A stretch of DNA of 58,461 nt, taken from positions 1-58,461 of the forward strand of contig JAUWNL010000002.1 of the NCBI GenBank assembly GCA_030612665.1. Direction: 5' to 3'. Within the stretch, counting starts at the first letter, position 1. Each line of letters starts with the position of its first letter. The notes beneath the pieces were generated by a model. The model ran no database searches. It was given only the letters and a program-made list of their open reading frames with translations, and was not told the DNA's origin. Below, in pieces: positions 9,915 through 19,201 of the stretch. The position numbers were made by a program, and so were the translations under genes. The DNA is from an archaeon (GTDB lineage Archaea > Nanobdellota > Nanobdellia > Pacearchaeales > UBA284).

Positions 9915-11323
9915 AATTAAAATCTGAATATAGAACAACTATAATAATTATTCTAGCTTTAGCAATTATTTTCAGAATTATTTTGATTTTTATAAATCCT
10001 ATTTCAATGTTTGCAGACGCTATAATGAGATATATCCCCCAATCACAACAGATTCTTAATCTAGATTTTAATTTTCATGATCTTCCGTTATTCGTATTAA
10101 TATTGGGCTTTTGGCGATTAATTTTTTCTGGACAAATGTTGCATTTAGCATGGAAATCTGTATCTTTTGTTTTCTTTTTGGGAATTTTATTTTTGTTGCC
10201 TAGATTATTCAAAAGATTTGAATTAAATAATCTTGAAAGAATTATTGTAATGGCCTTATTTTTCTTTTCAACATGGTCTTTATTGTTAAGTACCACAATA
10301 ATGCAAGATATGATTTTAACTTTTTTTACAATTTCTTTATTCCTTTTAATAGAAAAATATACTAAAAAACCAAGAAAGAAAATTTTCTTTTTGTTGATTT
10401 TATTTAGCCTTTTAATATGTCTAACAAAGGTCACAGCATATTTAATTCTTTTTAGTTTTGCTCTTTTTATAATATTAAAAAAAGAAAATATAAACAAAAA
10501 GATAAAGACAGTAAGACCAATAATTATTGGAGGGGTATTAAGCTTATTTTGGCCAATTAAAAATTATATTATCTCTGGAAGACCTTTTGTAGCAGTAGAG
10601 TTAAATCCAATAATAATACACTCAATAGCAGAATATTGGAGTTTTTTTGTGAAAACATATCATTATTTTTGGGAATTTCCTTTAGCTGAAAAAGTCAATT
10701 TTGTGGGAAATCTTGCCACAATGTTTAATATTTATTATATTGGAACAATAATAATTACTGCAATTTTTTCTATATTATTAGTAATTTCATTAATTAGTTA
10801 TTGTAAGAAACATAAAGAATTCATTGGATTACTTTTGCCTTTATTTTTATTTGCTTTAATTTATTGGCCATTTATAATTTTGTGGAGTGATAGTGATTCT
10901 GGGAGATATAGTTTTCCATTGTGGATATTTTTATTTATTTTTGTAGCAAAATATATTTCCCATATAAATAAGAAAAACATCCGTAGATTCTTCCATATTA
11001 TAATAGTTTTATTTTGTATTTTATCAGTTGTTTCTGCATTTGGAATATCCTTACATATGAATAAGATTGATGGACAGGTTATAGAAATAAGTGAAAAATT
11101 AAAAGAAGGGAGTCTTGAAAATGCAACTATTATTTCAAATACTGAATTTGCTGCTGCTTCCTTAAATTATCATCTTAAAGATTATTTGAAAAATCCAATC
11201 CAATTTAACATGAAAAAGAATGTAATTGATCCTAATATCAGATGTGGAGGAAATAAAATATTTGAATCAAAAGATTTTGATGTTTTCAAAGAAGATAATG
11301 AATATAGGATTTGTAGAAAATAG
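9911..11323 (+). CDS. polytopic GT-C type glycosyltransferase (ArnT/PMT-like)
   Basis: 470 aa, roughly 11-12 hydrophobic helices followed by a soluble C-terminal domain. ATGA overlap with the upstream rSAM gene. Confidence 0.5.
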   Translation: MKLKSEYRTTIIIILALAIIFRIILIFINPISMFADAIMRYIPQSQQILNLDFNFHDLPLFVLILGFWRLIFSGQMLHLAWKSVSFVFFLGILFLLPRLFKRFELNNLERIIVMALFFFSTWSLLLSTTIMQDMILTFFTISLFLLIEKYTKKPRKKIFFLLILFSLLICLTKVTAYLILFSFALFIILKKENINKKIKTVRPIIIGGVLSLFWPIKNYIISGRPFVAVELNPIIIHSIAEYWSFFVKTYHYFWEFPLAEKVNFVGNLATMFNIYYIGTIIITAIFSILLVISLISYCKKHKEFIGLLLPLFLFALIYWPFIILWSDSDSGRYSFPLWIFLFIFVAKYISHINKKNIRRFFHIIIVLFCILSVVSAFGISLHMNKIDGQVIEISEKLKEGSLENATIISNTEFAAASLNYHLKDYLKNPIQFNMKKNVIDPNIRCGGNKIFESKDFDVFKEDNEYRICRK

Positions 11324-11460
11324 GGTTCATAAGTTTTAAAAATAAAATAAAATGCATATTAAAATGGGAGAAAATAAAGAAAAATTAAAGAAAGAAGAAG
11401 TAAAAAAAGAAGAGAGGGAATGAGAAAATTAATTAAAAGAATAAAATTCTTATCAAAAAA

Positions 11461-13344
11461 ATGAAAGAAAAAATATTAATATTAAAGCAAGAGTTGTTTA
11501 TTTCTCCTATTGGAGTTCTTAAAAATCTTAATTCTTTTTATGAAAAATCAGTTAGAAAGCATATTTTAAACATTTTAAAGAAAAATCTAAAAATTAGAAT
11601 AATTGCTGATAGTGCATTTTATTCTTTTCTTGAAAAAAATAAGTTAAAATATCTAAGAATAAGTGATTATATCCCAAAAAAGTATGAAAATACCTATAGT
11701 GAAGCTCTGAATCTTTTTGAAAGATGGTTTTCTACTTCCCCCCTTAAAAAGATAAAATATATGGGATATTCTTTTAAGGAAATAATAGAACAAGAATTCG
11801 CTTATACCATTACAGATTACATAAATTCTTTTAATGTTATAAGATACATACTTGATAAAGAAAAACCAAAAAAAGTTTTTATTGTTAATGATAAGACATT
11901 GTTTGGCAAAACTTGTAGAGAATTATGTAACCAAAAAAGGATTTTTTTAAAGTCTTTAATTTCTCCTGTCCTCTCAAGATCATTAGAACTAATAAATCTC
12001 GTTTCAAAAAAATATGGTTTAAATGTGAGATTTGTAAAGATTCCTTTCATAAAGCGGCGAGAATTCGTACCTATTCATAAAAAAAAGATTTCTAATGAAA
12101 AATTTATTTTATTTAATGTTTTTGATGATTACTATTATAATAGGTTGGTTCCAGTAATAAAAGAAGCAAGATCTAGGAAAATAAAAACAAAATGCATAAT
12201 TAATAATATTGATACACAAAAAAGAGCAAGAATAAACAAAGAAGATTTTTTCTCTTTAGGAGATTTTTTCAAAAAAAGTAGAGAATCGGTTAAATTTAAA
12301 AAAGAATTGAAAAAAATTAAAAAGGAATTCATTAAAACTTCAAAAATAAATAAAAAACTTTTTGAATATAAGGGATTAAATATTTTTCCAATCATAAAAG
12401 ATTATTTTGAATATCTATTTGATATAAGATTCTTGTGGTGTGCGTACTATATTGAGGCTTATGAAGCATTATTTAATAAAAATAAAGTAGAAGCAGTTAT
12501 GGTAATGGATGACTTAATACCTCTAAATCGTTCATTGGTCTTAGTTTCAAGGAAATATGATGTTCCTTCTTTAGTTGCTCCCCACGGGGTTTCTATAGAC
12601 AGTGCCGGAAGAGGATTTTATCCTGTAACTGCTGATAAGATGGCAGCTTGGGGAAAGATAATGAAAGAACAGCTTATTAAAAAAGGGGTAGACAAGGATA
12701 AATTAGAAATAACTGGGGCCTATGTATATGATAAAACCATTAAAAAACAAAGATTTAGAGGAGATCTATATAAAAAATTTGGTATAAAAAAGAATGACTT
12801 TGTAATCCTATTAGCAACCCAAAAATTTGATGATATTTTTTCTGATAAGGAACTTGAAATGATTCTTGAAGCTACTATAAAATCTCTTAAAAAAATAAAA
12901 AATGCAAAGTTAATTATAACCATCCATCCGCGATTAGAACCTTATATTCACCAAGCAATATTAAAAAAATATGGGTTATTAGGAAAGATTCTCATTGATA
13001 AAAAAAGTGATATTGATGAATTGATTTCTATCTCAGATGTACTAATTTCTTTATATTCAACAATAATTTTTAATGCAGTTTTACATGAAAAACCGGTAAT
13101 TTCTTTAAATTTAATGGAAAGACCCGAAATATTTCCAATAGTAAGTTCAAAAACAGCAATAGGAGTTAATCAAGGAAAAGATCTTGTAAATGCGCTCCAA
13201 AAAACAAGAAATAGGAAATATCAAAAATTAAGTGGAAAATATGGAAAAAAATTTATGAAAGACTATTGTTATAAAATGGATGGAAGATCTTCTAAAAGGG
13301 TTGTAGATTTAATTGAAAAGCTGATGAAAATAAAAAATTCATAA
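11461..13344 (+). CDS. GT-B fold transferase, TagF/KpsS (capsule synthesis)-like C-terminal half
   Basis: 627 aa. LVAPHGV and IITIHPR segments and a DVLISLYSTIIFNAVLHEKPVISL tail resemble CDP-glycerol glycerophosphotransferase and capsule transferases. The N-terminal half is unassigned. Confidence 0.4.
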   Translation: MKEKILILKQELFISPIGVLKNLNSFYEKSVRKHILNILKKNLKIRIIADSAFYSFLEKNKLKYLRISDYIPKKYENTYSEALNLFERWFSTSPLKKIKYMGYSFKEIIEQEFAYTITDYINSFNVIRYILDKEKPKKVFIVNDKTLFGKTCRELCNQKRIFLKSLISPVLSRSLELINLVSKKYGLNVRFVKIPFIKRREFVPIHKKKISNEKFILFNVFDDYYYNRLVPVIKEARSRKIKTKCIINNIDTQKRARINKEDFFSLGDFFKKSRESVKFKKELKKIKKEFIKTSKINKKLFEYKGLNIFPIIKDYFEYLFDIRFLWCAYYIEAYEALFNKNKVEAVMVMDDLIPLNRSLVLVSRKYDVPSLVAPHGVSIDSAGRGFYPVTADKMAAWGKIMKEQLIKKGVDKDKLEITGAYVYDKTIKKQRFRGDLYKKFGIKKNDFVILLATQKFDDIFSDKELEMILEATIKSLKKIKNAKLIITIHPRLEPYIHQAILKKYGLLGKILIDKKSDIDELISISDVLISLYSTIIFNAVLHEKPVISLNLMERPEIFPIVSSKTAIGVNQGKDLVNALQKTRNRKYQKLSGKYGKKFMKDYCYKMDGRSSKRVVDLIEKLMKIKNS

Positions 13345-13375
13345 AACTTAAAAATAAAGGAAATTAAACAGGTAC

Positions 13376-14095
13376 ATGATTAAAGAAAAATTAGTTTTGG
13401 CAATAATCCCTTCTAGAGGAGGGTCAATTGGTCTGCCTAAAAAAGGTATTAAATTATTAAATGGAAAGCCTCTAATTGCTTATACTATTGAAAAAGCTAA
13501 AAAATCTAGATATATTGATCGGATAATTGTTCTTACAGATTGTAATGAAATAGCTGAAGTAGCAAAAGAGTATGGTGCAGAGGTTCTTATGGAACCTCAA
13601 AAAGCTCCAAATAATAGACCAGATATACAATTTTTTAGATATGCTATCAAAAAACTTGGGGATGATGAAAATTTTAAACCGGATATCATCATTAACTTAA
13701 GGCCGGATACTCCTTTAAAAACAAAAGAGTATATAGATGCCTCAATAGAAAAATTAATTGAAACAAATGCCGATTGTGTAAAAACAATATGTAAAGCACC
13801 GATACACCCACATAAAATGTGGAAGATGGAGGGAGACAAATTAATTCCCTTTCAAAAAACCAAACTTTGGATTAAAGAAGGTCCAGATGTTGCAAGACAG
13901 AGATTACCTAAAATTTATTGGCAAAATGCTGCGGTTGATGTTTTTAGAAGAGAAAACTTATTTAAATATGACTATATTTTTGGCGATGGATTAGATATTC
14001 GAGGAATAGTCATGACAAGAGAAGAATCTATTGACATAGACACCCCTCTAGACTTCTATATGGCAGAGATTATTTTAAATAAAAAGGAAAAATAA
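13376..14095 (+). CDS. neuA: acylneuraminate (nonulosonate) cytidylyltransferase, CTP_transf_3 family
   Basis: N-terminal AIIPSRGGSIGLPKKGIKLLNGKPLIAYTI is typical of CMP-NeuAc/CMP-NulO synthetases. Confidence 0.8.
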   Translation: MIKEKLVLAIIPSRGGSIGLPKKGIKLLNGKPLIAYTIEKAKKSRYIDRIIVLTDCNEIAEVAKEYGAEVLMEPQKAPNNRPDIQFFRYAIKKLGDDENFKPDIIINLRPDTPLKTKEYIDASIEKLIETNADCVKTICKAPIHPHKMWKMEGDKLIPFQKTKLWIKEGPDVARQRLPKIYWQNAAVDVFRRENLFKYDYIFGDGLDIRGIVMTREESIDIDTPLDFYMAEIILNKKEK

Positions 14096-14104
14096 TTCAT
14101 AAAA

Positions 14105-14809
14105 ATGATAAAAGCCATAATATTCGACGTTGATGGAGTAATTTTTGATACAAATAAGATTAAGGAAAAAGTTTATGAAGAAAAAATATTCAGGGAATAT
14201 TCAACGCATGATAAAGTAAAATTAAATAGATTAATAGATGCAGCTAAAAAAATAGAGAATCCAAATAGATATAGCATCATTAATTTCATTGTTAACAAAT
14301 TAGTAGAAATAAATTGGTATAGTGAAAATAAAAACAAATTAATAAATGAAAAATTAAAAAAATATGAATTTGAAACTGATTTAGCCTATGAAACAGCTTC
14401 TTTTATCCCCGGAGCAGAAGAATGTATAAAAGAATTCAGTAAAAAATATTTTTTATGTATAAATACAACCATCCCTCAAAAGAAAGTAAAAGAAATATTA
14501 AAATTAAGGAGGATAGATAAATATTTCAGAATAATTTTAGGGATTACAATCTCTTCAAAAAAAAATAAAAGAGATAATATTGGGATAATGCTAGACAAAT
14601 TAAAATTAACTCCGAATCAAATTATTTTCGTTGGAGATGGTGAAAGAGATAGAGAATGTATAGAAAAATTCCGCGGGATGCATTTTATTGCTGTCAGAAA
14701 TGAATTTAATGACTTTAAGACAGAAAAGGGAATAAGTTATAGTTTAGATGATGGAACTCTTTACAAACTTCCTGAAATAATCAAAAAAATAGAAAATAAT
14801 TTACCATAA
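14105..14809 (+). CDS. HAD-superfamily hydrolase/phosphatase
   Basis: DxDG motif IIFDVDGVI and motif IV VGDGERD. Its 3' end overlaps the convergent neuB-like gene by 9 nt. Confidence 0.65.
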   Translation: MIKAIIFDVDGVIFDTNKIKEKVYEEKIFREYSTHDKVKLNRLIDAAKKIENPNRYSIINFIVNKLVEINWYSENKNKLINEKLKKYEFETDLAYETASFIPGAEECIKEFSKKYFLCINTTIPQKKVKEILKLRRIDKYFRIILGITISSKKNKRDNIGIMLDKLKLTPNQIIFVGDGERDRECIEKFRGMHFIAVRNEFNDFKTEKGISYSLDDGTLYKLPEIIKKIENNLP

Positions 14810-16327
14810 ATTAAACTTTGTTTTTCTTAAACTTAAATCCTTAGGAACCTTTTCATCAAGATAATAAGAATCTCCTTTTATATGTGTCGTAGATATCTCT
14901 TCAAAAATTACTCCATTCTTTGTTGTAAAACTATGCGGAGCATTTCTAGGGATAATCACTTGGTCTCCAGGACCAAGAACTTTCTGTTTTCCACAAAAAT
15001 TAATTATAAGATCCCCATGAAGTACTTGAAAAGACTCTTCCTTTTGTTTGTGAAAATGATTTGGATGAACCTGGCCTGGGACCTGAATAATTAATTTTTT
15101 GCAGTAATCCCTATTTATGCAGTCTATAATTGTAGCTCCTATTTTTTCGAAATTATTAATTCCATAATGGTGAGAAAGTTCTACTTCAAAATTATTTCCA
15201 ATAGGTGTGCCAGATTCATTTAATAGCCCTTTAATCTGATGCATCACTTCAAATACAGAAGAATCCAGGCTCTTATCTCCACAATAATCAATTTGTTCCT
15301 TAGCTTTATAATCTCTATTAGCAACAGTCCCCTTCTTTAAAGTCCCATCATAACCAAGCATTCCTTCTTCAAAAAGGTCTACAGGCATTTGCCCATCTTG
15401 CAATGGAATTGCAAAGAAAACATTGTCTTTATTAAAAATTTCTCCTTGTTTAATATCTTTTTTTGCAAATACCCCCCTTTTGAATAAATTTAAAGCTTCT
15501 TCCTCTTTTTTAGGGATTTCCTTTTTAAGTTTACATGAATTTAAAGCAATCTCTGCAGCAGATAGCCAGGCATCTAATTGAGATGGATTCAAAGAGTAAG
15601 CATTCAATTTTATTTCCTCTGTTTCTAATCCAAGATGTTTTTCAAATATTTTTGCTCCTTTAGAAATAGCCATTTTAATAGCATCTAGATTATTTGGTTC
15701 TTCATGAGAAGAAAATCCTATTTTTAAGAAAGGATATCTCTTGTGCAACACATCTATTCTATTAAGGTTCAAGTCTTCTGGTTTAGTAGGATAAATAGCT
15801 ACACAATGCAACAATGCAAATTGCGTATTTCTATGGGTGAAAAAACTTACTACTTTATCTAATTCTTTTATAGTCAGGCCCCCCGTAGAACATATAAGGG
15901 GTTTGTTTACAGTAGTAATTTTTTTTAATAATGGCCAATCTTGAGCTGAACAACTTCCAATTTTTATTATATCTACCCCATGTTTAACAATTAAATCTAC
16001 AGATTCTTCGTCAAAAGGAGTGCATATAGAAATCAATCCCTGAGCTTTAATCTCATTTACGATTTTTTTAAATTCTTCCGGACTAAGGCTAGTACTTAAA
16101 AATCTTTTTATGCTTTTAGCATATTTTTCATCAGTTGTATCCTTAAAATCTGGATGAATGAAAGTATCATAGTGACGATACTGTAATTTAATAGCAACTT
16201 TAAGATTATGTTTTTTGATTACTTTTGCTGCTTCTTTAATAATATTTATTCCGTGTTCTACGCTTCCCTGGTGATTATTAGCCATGTCTAATATAAACAA
16301 ATTTTCAAAAATATCCTGATTACCCAT
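14801..16327 (-). CDS. neuB: N-acetylneuraminate (nonulosonate) synthase NeuB domain + SAF-like segment + C-terminal cupin
   Basis: FILDMANNHQGSVEHGINIIKEAAK and KIGSCSAQDWPLL are NeuB motifs. The C-terminus has an exact cupin motif 1, G-x5-HxH-x4-E-x6-G (GQVHPNHFHKQKEESFQVLHG), and a motif 2-like GDQVIIPRNAPH. Confidence 0.8.
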   Translation of the reverse strand: MGNQDIFENLFILDMANNHQGSVEHGINIIKEAAKVIKKHNLKVAIKLQYRHYDTFIHPDFKDTTDEKYAKSIKRFLSTSLSPEEFKKIVNEIKAQGLISICTPFDEESVDLIVKHGVDIIKIGSCSAQDWPLLKKITTVNKPLICSTGGLTIKELDKVVSFFTHRNTQFALLHCVAIYPTKPEDLNLNRIDVLHKRYPFLKIGFSSHEEPNNLDAIKMAISKGAKIFEKHLGLETEEIKLNAYSLNPSQLDAWLSAAEIALNSCKLKKEIPKKEEEALNLFKRGVFAKKDIKQGEIFNKDNVFFAIPLQDGQMPVDLFEEGMLGYDGTLKKGTVANRDYKAKEQIDYCGDKSLDSSVFEVMHQIKGLLNESGTPIGNNFEVELSHHYGINNFEKIGATIIDCINRDYCKKLIIQVPGQVHPNHFHKQKEESFQVLHGDLIINFCGKQKVLGPGDQVIIPRNAPHSFTTKNGVIFEEISTTHIKGDSYYLDEKVPKDLSLRKTKFNLW

Positions 16328-16439
16328 TTTAACATATTTCTTAGATAAAATTGATATATAAAGATTATGAAAAATAGGTTATAGAGAATAAGAAGGAGCA
16401 TTAATAAGTTTTATAAAGGGAAAAGTAAATATTAAAATA

Positions 16440-17525
16440 ATGACAAAAAAAATACTCGCAGTTAGTCAACATGCTGGCGGTTCTAATGCAATTTCTCCTG
16501 TAATAAAAAAGCTTAGTGAGAATGGAGAAGATGTTTTGACTTTGGACTATGGTGCTAGCCTCTTCAAAGAATATGAAATCCCAACCCATAACCTGGATGA
16601 ATTTGGAGTTAAAAAACTTACTAAAGAAAACTTAGAAAAAATTATTAAAGAAACGATGCGGGAATTTGTACTAACTGGAACTTGTGTTAAAGAAAATTAC
16701 TCAATTGATCAATTAGCTATCCTGGCTTCAAGAAAGATATGTCCTTCTTTATCTGTATTAGACACAGGCCAGGAATATTTAGAAAGATTTAAAACAAAAA
16801 CCGGAGAATGGATCTTGCCTGATAAAATAGCAGTAATCAATGAACAGATTAAAAAAAGCATGGTAAAATTAGGTTTCTCTGAAAATATCTTGGAAGCAAC
16901 TGGAAACCCTTATTTTGATTCGTTATTGGGATTTGGAAAAAAGAATAAAGAAGAATTGAGAAAGAAGAATGGAATATTAAATAAAAAATTTATTATTTCT
17001 TTTTTATCCCAGCCTATTCAAAAACGCTATGGGAACCAGTTTGGATTTAATGAAAAAGATTGTTTTGAAATTCTTTTATCTGCTATAAATCATCTTCAAG
17101 AAAGAGAAAAGATTTTAGCTCTATACGTCAAGCATCGTTCAGAAGATGAAGGAAGTTTTGATGATATTATTAGTAGATACAAAGATGTGGGGGTAAATAT
17201 TGAAAAAAATAGTAGTCACCCAAGAGAGGCTATTCTTATTTCAGATGTCACCTGTACCTTTTTTTCTACTTCAGCATATGAATCTGTTGCAATGGGTATT
17301 CCAGCAATATCTATTCAACCAAAAAAAACTTCTGGCTTTTTCATACATGAATTAAGCGAATATATTCCAATTTTTAGAAATAATGAAGAAGTAAGTAAGG
17401 AAGTATATCAATTTATGATGGATGAAAACTATCGAAAAGAGAGGGTTGAAAAATTAAAAGAGGTAAAAGTGGATGGCAAGGCAACTGAAAGAGTGGTTAA
17501 TTTAGTTTATAGAGTATTAAATTAA
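16440..17525 (+). CDS. hypothetical protein, possibly GT-B/epimerase-like
   Basis: Clean 361-aa ORF in the glycan island. No confident motif; the C-terminal ISDVTCTFFSTSAYESVAMGIPAISI resembles the tail of GT-B enzymes. Confidence 0.3.
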   Translation: MTKKILAVSQHAGGSNAISPVIKKLSENGEDVLTLDYGASLFKEYEIPTHNLDEFGVKKLTKENLEKIIKETMREFVLTGTCVKENYSIDQLAILASRKICPSLSVLDTGQEYLERFKTKTGEWILPDKIAVINEQIKKSMVKLGFSENILEATGNPYFDSLLGFGKKNKEELRKKNGILNKKFIISFLSQPIQKRYGNQFGFNEKDCFEILLSAINHLQEREKILALYVKHRSEDEGSFDDIISRYKDVGVNIEKNSSHPREAILISDVTCTFFSTSAYESVAMGIPAISIQPKKTSGFFIHELSEYIPIFRNNEEVSKEVYQFMMDENYRKERVEKLKEVKVDGKATERVVNLVYRVLN

Positions 17526-17526
17526 A

Positions 17527-18984
17527 ATGAAAATTCTTTTAATAAATCCCCCAATAAGAGAAAACGAAAAACCGTCTGTATTTCCTTCAGGAATAGGATA
17601 CCTTGCTGCTTACTTAATTAAAGAGGGTTATGATGTTGGAGTTTTAGATATTAATGGTTATCGTTATAATCGGGGGAGCGTAGTTAATATATTAAAAAAA
17701 CATCTTTTAGAAAATAAGATGGAGGTGGTTGGAATAGGAGGTTTGATAACATGTTATGATTATATTAAATGGTTAATCCAGATAATTAAAAAAATTAAAC
17801 CAAAAACAAAAGTTATTGTTGGTGGAGGAATAGGCAGTTCTATTCCAGAAAGGTGTATTAACAATTTAAAAGCAGATATTGTAGTCACCGGAGAAGGGGA
17901 GATTACAATTGTTAATTTATTAAAGAAACTTGAAAATAATAAAAGGTTATCGGAAGTAAGGGGGATATTATTCAAAAAAGGAGATAAAATCATAAGAACG
18001 CCTCCCCAAGAGCGTATAAAGAATTTAGATGAATTGCCCTTTCCAAGCTGGCATCTATTTCCAATGCAAATTTATCTTAAAAACCAATTTGAAGTTGAGG
18101 CTATAAATACTGGAAGGAAAAGTATTAGCATTATAGGGGGCAGGGGCTGCCCATATCATTGCACTTTTTGTTATGAAATTTTTAATCATGTAGCAATAAA
18201 AAGATCTATAAAAAATATTATAGAAGAAGTTAAAACATTGCAGAGGAGGTATAATATAAAAATAATTTATTTTATAGAAGATTTATTTGCAATTAATAAA
18301 GATTGGATAACAAACTTTTGTGATGAACTTATAAGACAAAAAATTAAATTGAAATGGTTATGTACTGCTAGAGTGAATATTGCAGATGAAGAAATGCTAA
18401 AAAAAATGAAGGATGCTGGATGCATTCTTGTTAACTTTGGGATTGAATCTGGAAGCCAAAAAATGTTGAATATTATGAAAAAGGGTATAACTCTTGAACA
18501 AGCTAGTAAAGCAATAAATATTACAAGAAAAATTGGGCTTAAATTAAATTTGAGTTTTATGATAGGTTTCCCAGAAGAAACTAAAGAAACTTTAGAAGAA
18601 ACAATTAAATTTTGTATAGAGAATGATATTCATCTAACCAGCATATTCTTTGTTACACCTTATCCTGGAACAGCATTATATGAACAAGTTAAAAAAATAG
18701 GTTTAATAAAAAATGAAGAAGAATTTATAAGCAAGTTAGGAGATGCCACTGAATTAACAATAAATTTAACTAGATGGAGTGATGAAGAGTTATTCAAATT
18801 AAGAAACCATGTCATAAAAAAAATAAGGAAAGCTTATTTTAAAAAGCACAAAACAGAACAATTAAGATGGTATTTTAAAAAAATTAAATGGTTTTCACAA
18901 TCATTAAGAAAAAGAGGGATAAAAGAGATGACCAAAAAAATTTTAATAAAAATAAAAAATAAATTGGGGGATAAAAAATGGTAA
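17527..18984 (+). CDS. B12-binding-domain radical SAM enzyme, paralog 4
   Basis: MKILLINPP N-terminus, VGGGIGSS, and GGRGCPYHCTFC (CxxxCxxC). Confidence 0.85.
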   Translation: MKILLINPPIRENEKPSVFPSGIGYLAAYLIKEGYDVGVLDINGYRYNRGSVVNILKKHLLENKMEVVGIGGLITCYDYIKWLIQIIKKIKPKTKVIVGGGIGSSIPERCINNLKADIVVTGEGEITIVNLLKKLENNKRLSEVRGILFKKGDKIIRTPPQERIKNLDELPFPSWHLFPMQIYLKNQFEVEAINTGRKSISIIGGRGCPYHCTFCYEIFNHVAIKRSIKNIIEEVKTLQRRYNIKIIYFIEDLFAINKDWITNFCDELIRQKIKLKWLCTARVNIADEEMLKKMKDAGCILVNFGIESGSQKMLNIMKKGITLEQASKAINITRKIGLKLNLSFMIGFPEETKETLEETIKFCIENDIHLTSIFFVTPYPGTALYEQVKKIGLIKNEEEFISKLGDATELTINLTRWSDEELFKLRNHVIKKIRKAYFKKHKTEQLRWYFKKIKWFSQSLRKRGIKEMTKKILIKIKNKLGDKKW

Positions 18985-19193
18985 GCGAAATTGTGTTAAT
19001 AATTGGGGTAATTGTCGCATTGATAATAGGATTGATTATTGGAATTTATCTAGGATTCATGACTTACAGAAATGACACTGGAAAAATAAGAAGATTTTAC
19101 AATGAAAGAGAGAATGGAGAAAAAGAAATAGCAGAATTAAAAAGAAGATGCAGGGAATTAGAAGATAAAATTAAGATTTATGGAATAAAGTAA
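18978..19193 (+). CDS. small single-pass membrane protein with coiled-coil tail (hypothetical)
   Basis: 71 aa. The TM helix IVLIIGVIVALIIGLIIGIYLGF is followed by a charged helical tail. The start overlaps the upstream stop by 7 nt. Confidence 0.3.
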   Translation: MVSEIVLIIGVIVALIIGLIIGIYLGFMTYRNDTGKIRRFYNERENGEKEIAELKRRCRELEDKIKIYGIK

Positions 19194-19201
19194 AGGAAAT
19201 A

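Noticed and set aside
9374-10497. Minus-strand ORFs 9374-9748 and 10075-10497.
   Set aside because: They are antisense to well-supported rSAM and GT-C genes. They have no motifs and show the compositional bias of shadow ORFs.
11367-11423. 19-codon Lys/Glu-rich mini-ORF (MGENKEKLKKEEVKKEERE) upstream of 11461.
   Set aside because: It is too short and low-complexity, and probably just purine-rich leader DNA.
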